NCBI GenBank assembly: GCA_005191425.1
Contig: SUPR01000135.1
Location: 1-7,277, forward strand
Source: Candidatus Helarchaeota ASGARD archaeon Hel_GB_B
GTDB taxonomy: Archaea > Asgardarchaeota > Lokiarchaeia > Helarchaeales > HEL-GB-B
DNA: 7,277 nucleotides
Reading direction: 5' to 3'
Shown here piece by piece: positions 1 through 5,100 of the stretch (positions within the stretch are counted from its first letter, which is position 1; each line of letters starts with the position of its first letter). Under the pieces are notes generated by a model that was not told the origin of the DNA, searched no databases, and was given only the letters and a program-made list of their open reading frames with translations. The position numbers and the translations under genes are program-made.

Positions 1-2
1 TC

Positions 3-1619
3 TCCTCCTTTATTGTAAAAGAAACATTGATCTAATGTTATTTTATTTCCGGTCAAGTTAATATTACTATTTCCTTTTCTTATTGATGTTCCATTTCCGC
101 CTATATTTGTAAATTGTGTTCTGTTTAAAATTATTTCATTTTCTGCTTTAAAAATAATTGTAGAATTTCCTCCAGGACTACCTGATTTTCCTGTACTATT
201 AATAATTAAATTATTTCCCGAAATATTCAATGAAATTATTGTTAAAGCACAATTATTTCCCTTTAAAGTAAAATTGGCATTATAAATGTTAGAAATATTA
301 CTAATAATATCTAAATATGCTCCAAAATATATCGAACTATTAATTTTGAAACAGCTATTATTAATATAAAACAAATTACTTGTAGATTTAAAATTGCTAT
401 AAATAAATGATTTATTAATTCGAACTTTATCGGTAATTGTTAAATTAATTTTATTTATTTTAAAAGTTGAATCATAAATGTCCAGTATTCTACCCTTTAT
501 CATCGAAATTGAGCTCGAACTTTTTACATTTCCTTGAAAATTAGTTCCATTTATAGATAAATTAGAAAATTTATTCACTACTAAAAATTTATTACAAACA
601 ATTTGAGAGTTAAAAATTGTATAATTCCCCTCTCTCGATATTAATATTGTACCATTTTTACTATGTACTTTTAATTCTGAAATAAGTGCAGATTTTGCAT
701 CTAAAAAAAGATCTGAAGCCCCATCAAAAAATGAATTATTATATGATACCCCTAATCTTTCGTTAATAGTTGTATTTAAGATAAATAAATAACTACTATT
801 AATTAATACCAAACTATTTCCCCCATTTCCATTAGTTGAATTTCCTCCAAAATTTTGGACCACATTATTAATTAATTTTAATTCCATTGATGTTTTAAAA
901 GTTATTGATGAATTTCCTCCAATCGCATTATTATAGACCTGATTTTTAATATTAGACCTATTTATTGTTAAGTTATTTGCAAAAATTTTAATATATGAAT
1001 TTTTTCCCAAGAAATTAATGACCAAATCATTAATAATCGAAATATCACTCGTTATATTTATTATAGAATCTTCATTACGGCTGGCATTATGGTAAAAATT
1101 ACTTCTATTTATTATTACAACAGAAACTCGCCCTAAAAGGTTAGCATCAATTAAAGACCCCTCTGCAGTAAAATTACGTGATGTATTAAGATAAATATTT
1201 GAAACCTTTATTTTCGAGCTATTTTCTATCAAAATTGCTCCATTATCGATTGAAAACAAATTTATTTTATTAGTGGAATTTAATGAACCATTATTCAAAA
1301 TCAAAATCCCATTATCTTTAACTGTAATATTATTTTCAAACGCAAAAGAAGAATTGACCAAAAGATTTGCTTTTATTTCTAAAATTCCATGATCTTGGAC
1401 TATAATACTCTTATTTACTATTGTATCATTCTCAATAACTGTATGATTATCTATAATAATTGCGGAGCTCATTTTCTGGATTAATTGGGCGTTGTAAATT
1501 CTATCTGTCTCTTTAATACTTACTGGACCTATTTCGAATACAATAATTGAAATTAGAAAAAACAACAATAGAAACATCATACAGAATAACTTAAAGCAAT
1601 TTACTCCATTCTTTTTCAT
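3..1619 (-). CDS. Secreted/surface Asn-rich predicted right-handed beta-helix (beta-solenoid) glycoprotein, C-terminus beyond left edge (>539 aa)
   Basis: Hand translation from ATG 1619-1617 is open for 539 codons to the window edge: MKKNGVNCFKLFCMMFLLLFFLISIIVFEIGP...SIIVQDHGILEIKANLLVNSSFAFENNITVKDNGILILNNGSL...GGNSTIIFKAENEIILNRTQFTNIGGNG...YNKGG. An in-frame TAA at 1625-1623 fixes the start. About 87 Asn (16%), no Trp, 2 Pro, alternating hydrophobic/polar pattern. The ORF is certain; the fold is inference. Confidence 0.9.
   Translation of the reverse strand, partial: MKKNGVNCFKLFCMMFLLLFFLISIIVFEIGPVSIKETDRIYNAQLIQKMSSAIIIDNHTVIENDTIVNKSIIVQDHGILEIKANLLVNSSFAFENNITVKDNGILILNNGSLNSTNKINLFSIDNGAILIENSSKIKVSNIYLNTSRNFTAEGSLIDANLLGRVSVVIINRSNFYHNASRNEDSIINITSDISIINDLVINFLGKNSYIKIFANNLTINRSNIKNQVYNNAIGGNSSITFKTSMELKLINNVVQNFGGNSTNGNGGNSLVLINSSYLFILNTTINERLGVSYNNSFFDGASDLFLDAKSALISELKVHSKNGTILISREGNYTIFNSQIVCNKFLVVNKFSNLSINGTNFQGNVKSSSSISMIKGRILDIYDSTFKINKINLTITDKVRINKSFIYSNFKSTSNLFYINNSCFKINSSIYFGAYLDIISNISNIYNANFTLKGNNCALTIISLNISGNNLIINSTGKSGSPGGNSTIIFKAENEIILNRTQFTNIGGNGTSIRKGNSNINLTGNKITLDQCFFYNKGG
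1536..1619 (-). other. N-terminal signal peptide / membrane anchor of the left gene
   Basis: Basic start MKK followed by the 18-residue hydrophobic stretch LFCMMFLLLFFLISIIVF (aa 11-28). Confidence 0.8.
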
Positions 1620-1638
1620 TATTTATCATTGATTACTA

Positions 1639-1656
1639 TTATTTTTTAAAAAATAA
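1639..1656 (-). promoter_or_regulatory. Candidate TATA element for a leaderless transcript of the left gene, within an 18-bp AT palindrome
   Basis: ttattttttaaaaaataa is self-complementary and centred ~28 nt upstream of ATG 1619, the spacing expected for an archaeal TATA box with a leaderless mRNA. The AT-rich context weakens this. Confidence 0.35.
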
Positions 1657-1744
1657 AATCCTTTAAAGTCTAATTCTCAAAATCATTTTAAAATTTTTTA
1701 TATATTTAATCGTTATTAGCAATTTGAATATTACATATAGAAGG

Positions 1745-1766
1745 AAGTAGAAAATAATTTCTACTT
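1745..1766. promoter_or_regulatory. 9-4-9 inverted repeat, operator-like
   Basis: aagtagaaa-ataa-tttctactt has perfect arms and lies in the divergent spacer. Confidence 0.35.
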
Positions 1767-1993
1767 ATATATTTATTTAAAAAATCTCTTTTTAATATTC
1801 TCAATTAAAAATTTTTGTAGTAAAGTAAATATATAAAACTCATTAATTAACATAATATCAATTAAAAAAAATGAATTAAATGGAACTTTTCCATAAAATA
1901 AAAAGGAGATACTGTGAAAAGTATTCATTAATTAATAAAATATTATATAAGTATATACTCCAAATCATTACATTCATTTTTATGATCAACTTT

Positions 1994-2007
1994 ACCAATA
2001 TATTGGT
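1994..2007. promoter_or_regulatory. 14-bp perfect palindrome just upstream of the right gene start
   Basis: accaatatattggt ends 8 nt before ATG 2016; TATA-like elements lie upstream at 1943-1950 (ttatataa) and ~1977-1984 (tttttatg). Confidence 0.35.
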
Positions 2008-2015
2008 GTTTAAGG

Positions 2016-2108
2016 ATGCAAAAAAGAAAAATAAAAAATAAATCAAAAACAAAATTTTTATTATTTTCCATAATAATTTGTTTTGGTCTTCTATTTAGTA
2101 TTTATGTC
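2016..2108 (+). other. N-terminal signal peptide / anchor of the right gene
   Basis: 7 K/R in the first 13 residues, then hydrophobic FLLFSIIICFGLLFSIYV (aa 14-31). Confidence 0.85.
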
Positions 2109-5100
2109 GGGTCAGTTCCCTTTACAAATTCACAACCATCTATAAGACATGTAAATGAAGGGAATAATACTCCAATAAATACTGATGTAATCATTCCAGG
2201 AAATTTAACAAGGAAATGGGAACCTATTGTTCTTAATCTTTCTAACCTCCCTTCTGCATTCAAGGGAATGAGTTGGGGAAATATTAGAGTTACTATTTAC
2301 AACCCAAATGATGCAAGGTGGCATTCAATTCCATTTCAAATTGATGAGTGGGGGGGTAGATTTGAATGGCAAGATGGAACTTATTTAAATAAATCTGCAA
2401 TTACAATAGGTGCTACTTTTGGAATAACTGGATTGGATACTGATGGGATAGATGATCAGCCCTCTGGTAGTAGTGATGAGCTTGTTTTTTATGCTCACTC
2501 TGGGGCATATGTTCCACCGACAATGTGGTGGGAAGGTGATTCTGGGGGGACATATCCCAATAGATTAGAAGTTATGATTTCAGACCCTGTTGATGGTGGG
2601 CATAGTTGGATGTATATTTATTACGATAAAATAATAAATCACGGTAACCCAGTCCCGACTTGGTCTGATTATCCCAAACAAGGATGGAATTCGACAGAAT
2701 TTCGAGCTTTTGGCGAACATTATAATGTGGTTAAAAATAAAACGAACCCTGATTTAGAAAACAAATTATATTCGAATATTGGACAATATGACGATTTATT
2801 TAATGAATCATTTAAGAGCTATTCTGATATGACTCTTACTAATGCCACATTAGCATATACTGAAAATATTACTGCAAATAGAGAAGGTATTTGGAATAAT
2901 ACCTCTTATTCCGATCGCAAAACTGAATTAGCATATCCTGAAAATACATCTTCGGGTGGATTTGAAAATGAAGGTGGGGCTGGAACTGTGATTGTTTCAG
3001 GACCTATTAGGACCATAGTAAATAAAAGGATTTTTATGGTATTTAATAATTCAATTCACCCGTTATATAGTGTCCAGCACCAAAATGAGATATTTTATAT
3101 GGACAGTAAAATAGTAAAATATGTAAAGCAGATCGATTCTTATGGGTTATTTAATATTTCTATAAATTATGATTACGATTTTGTTACATCAATAAATAAA
3201 TCAATTAGGTCTAATATTAAAGTATATGAAGGGTGGAGAAATGCCACAATTAAAGTTAATACTCCTAATGGAGTTGCGAACGAAAGTGGTGAGTTAAAAT
3301 CGACTTTAGGCCCGACTGGGACAAACCCCAAAGCTCCAGTTAAATTAAATCCAGATATACCGGATTTTATATTCTTTACTTCAAGTTCATCTGGCTCTGC
3401 ATGGATGTTATGTCCAAGAGATCAATATAATATTTCTAATTCTGGAGTATATTGGAAAGATGATAATTCTACTTCCGAAATTGGCCTAATAATTTCGGAT
3501 GTATATCCTGATGCTCCGTTAGTCACATTTATTAAATGGAAATATACTGGTTCAATCTCCAATCCTTTACAAGCAAAAAAAGAGGGTTTAGTCTATCTCA
3601 GACAAACTGCTAACCCTTTAACCTTAAATGGGACAGTTCAATCTCGTCCTATTGACACCGCCCCTCCCTTAATTGGACAACCTTTACAAATTCCAAGTCC
3701 AAGTGTAAACAATGATTCTACAACTGTTATTGTAAATATTACTGATTTTGGGGTCGGCGTCCATAGAGCATTTCTAGTATATAGCAATGGGTCAATACCT
3801 ACAACAATAGAGATGTATTATCTACCTGAATATGGTTTATATTCTGCTGAAATACCAAAACACCCCTATTTAACTAATATTTCTTATTTTATTTATGCAA
3901 ATGACACATTTGGTAATTATGCATATACTCCATTTGATTATTTAGGTGAGTTTAGTTTTACAACTGATATTGACAATCTGCCTCCTTCTCATTGGTATGT
4001 ACCACCTGTCCTAAATACATTGGTAAATGTTAAATATGAGTATGCATTCCATAGAAAAGTCGTTCAATTCTATGATAATAATAGCATTGTAGGTGGGTGG
4101 GCTAGAATGAATAGTGGCTTTTTTGGTCATATTATTACCGGACAATCCGAATGGTGGATGAGTGGAATTGAAGGGACTTCGGGAAACGGTAAATTTTATG
4201 TTGAATTTTTTGATGCTGTTAACACAACTGCTATAAAATTAAAAGCAAACTGGGATACCGGAGTTAATACTTTATCTTATTGGAATGGTATTAGTTGGTC
4301 TGTAATTGTCCCATCACCTTTATTTAAAAATAATACTTGGCATCATATTTATATTACTTTTAATTGTTCAAATACAAATCAAACATTTGGGATTTATGTG
4401 GACGGAAATTATTATGGTCGATATAATTTACTTAATTCAATCACCAGTATTTCTAGAGCAAGTTTTTATACCGGTGATGTCGATTCTTTCAATAATTATA
4501 TGGCTTGGGTAGATGCGATTGACGCTTCTTGGGGTCATAAATACTATAAGTTTAGAGATAAAGATACATATCAAATGATTAGACAATATCATGGGTTATT
4601 CAGTTTTGAAACTGACCCAAAAGGTTCTGACCCCCAAAATTGGACTATCTATGAAGGTGGTATTGGGACTACTCATGTTAATGTTGAATATGAAAAACTT
4701 AGACATAGAAAAGTAGTTGAATTCTGGGATGATGAAGTAAGTGACAATTGTAGAATGATCAACAACTTTTATGGCGTTCAAAATGGGACTGTCGAATGGT
4801 GGATGATCGGTAACGATGAAAATTCAAGTAATGGGGCATTTTATATCGAATTTGCCGATAATATGTTCAATATCCCCATTTATTTATTAGCAGATTGGTC
4901 CTATGGTAAAGAATCTCTTTCATATTTTAACGGGACTAAATTCGTAACCATTGTTAACTCTCCCCTATTTACTGCAAATAAATGGCATCATATTGCGGTT
5001 AAATTTGATGCAATAAACAATTCATTTGAAATAGCCGTAGATAAGGTATATTTAGGTAAATATAATTTCTCTATTTCGGTTAATAATATTAGCCAATTAA

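Noticed and set aside
1590-1619. Class III (pilin/archaellin) signal peptide at MKKNG-V
   Set aside because: No hydrophobic stretch directly after the Gly and no +5 Glu; a >539-aa solenoid is not pilin-like.
1756-1766. aatttctact resembles the 5' part of the Cas12a direct repeat
   Set aside because: Single copy, the downstream gtagat stem arm is missing, and there are no spacers or cas genes; it is one arm of a local inverted repeat.
1903-1931. SD-like aaggag followed by GTG AAA AGT ATT CAT TAA (5-codon mini ORF)
   Set aside because: Too short to support, expected by chance, and the neighbouring real genes show no properly spaced SD.
4306-4512. Track ORF, + strand, 68 aa
   Set aside because: Off-frame overlap inside the LamG-like region of the 1754-codon ORF; TTG start and no recognisable motif.
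4596-4781. Track ORF, - strand, 61 aa
   Set aside because: Antisense shadow of the second LamG-like domain.
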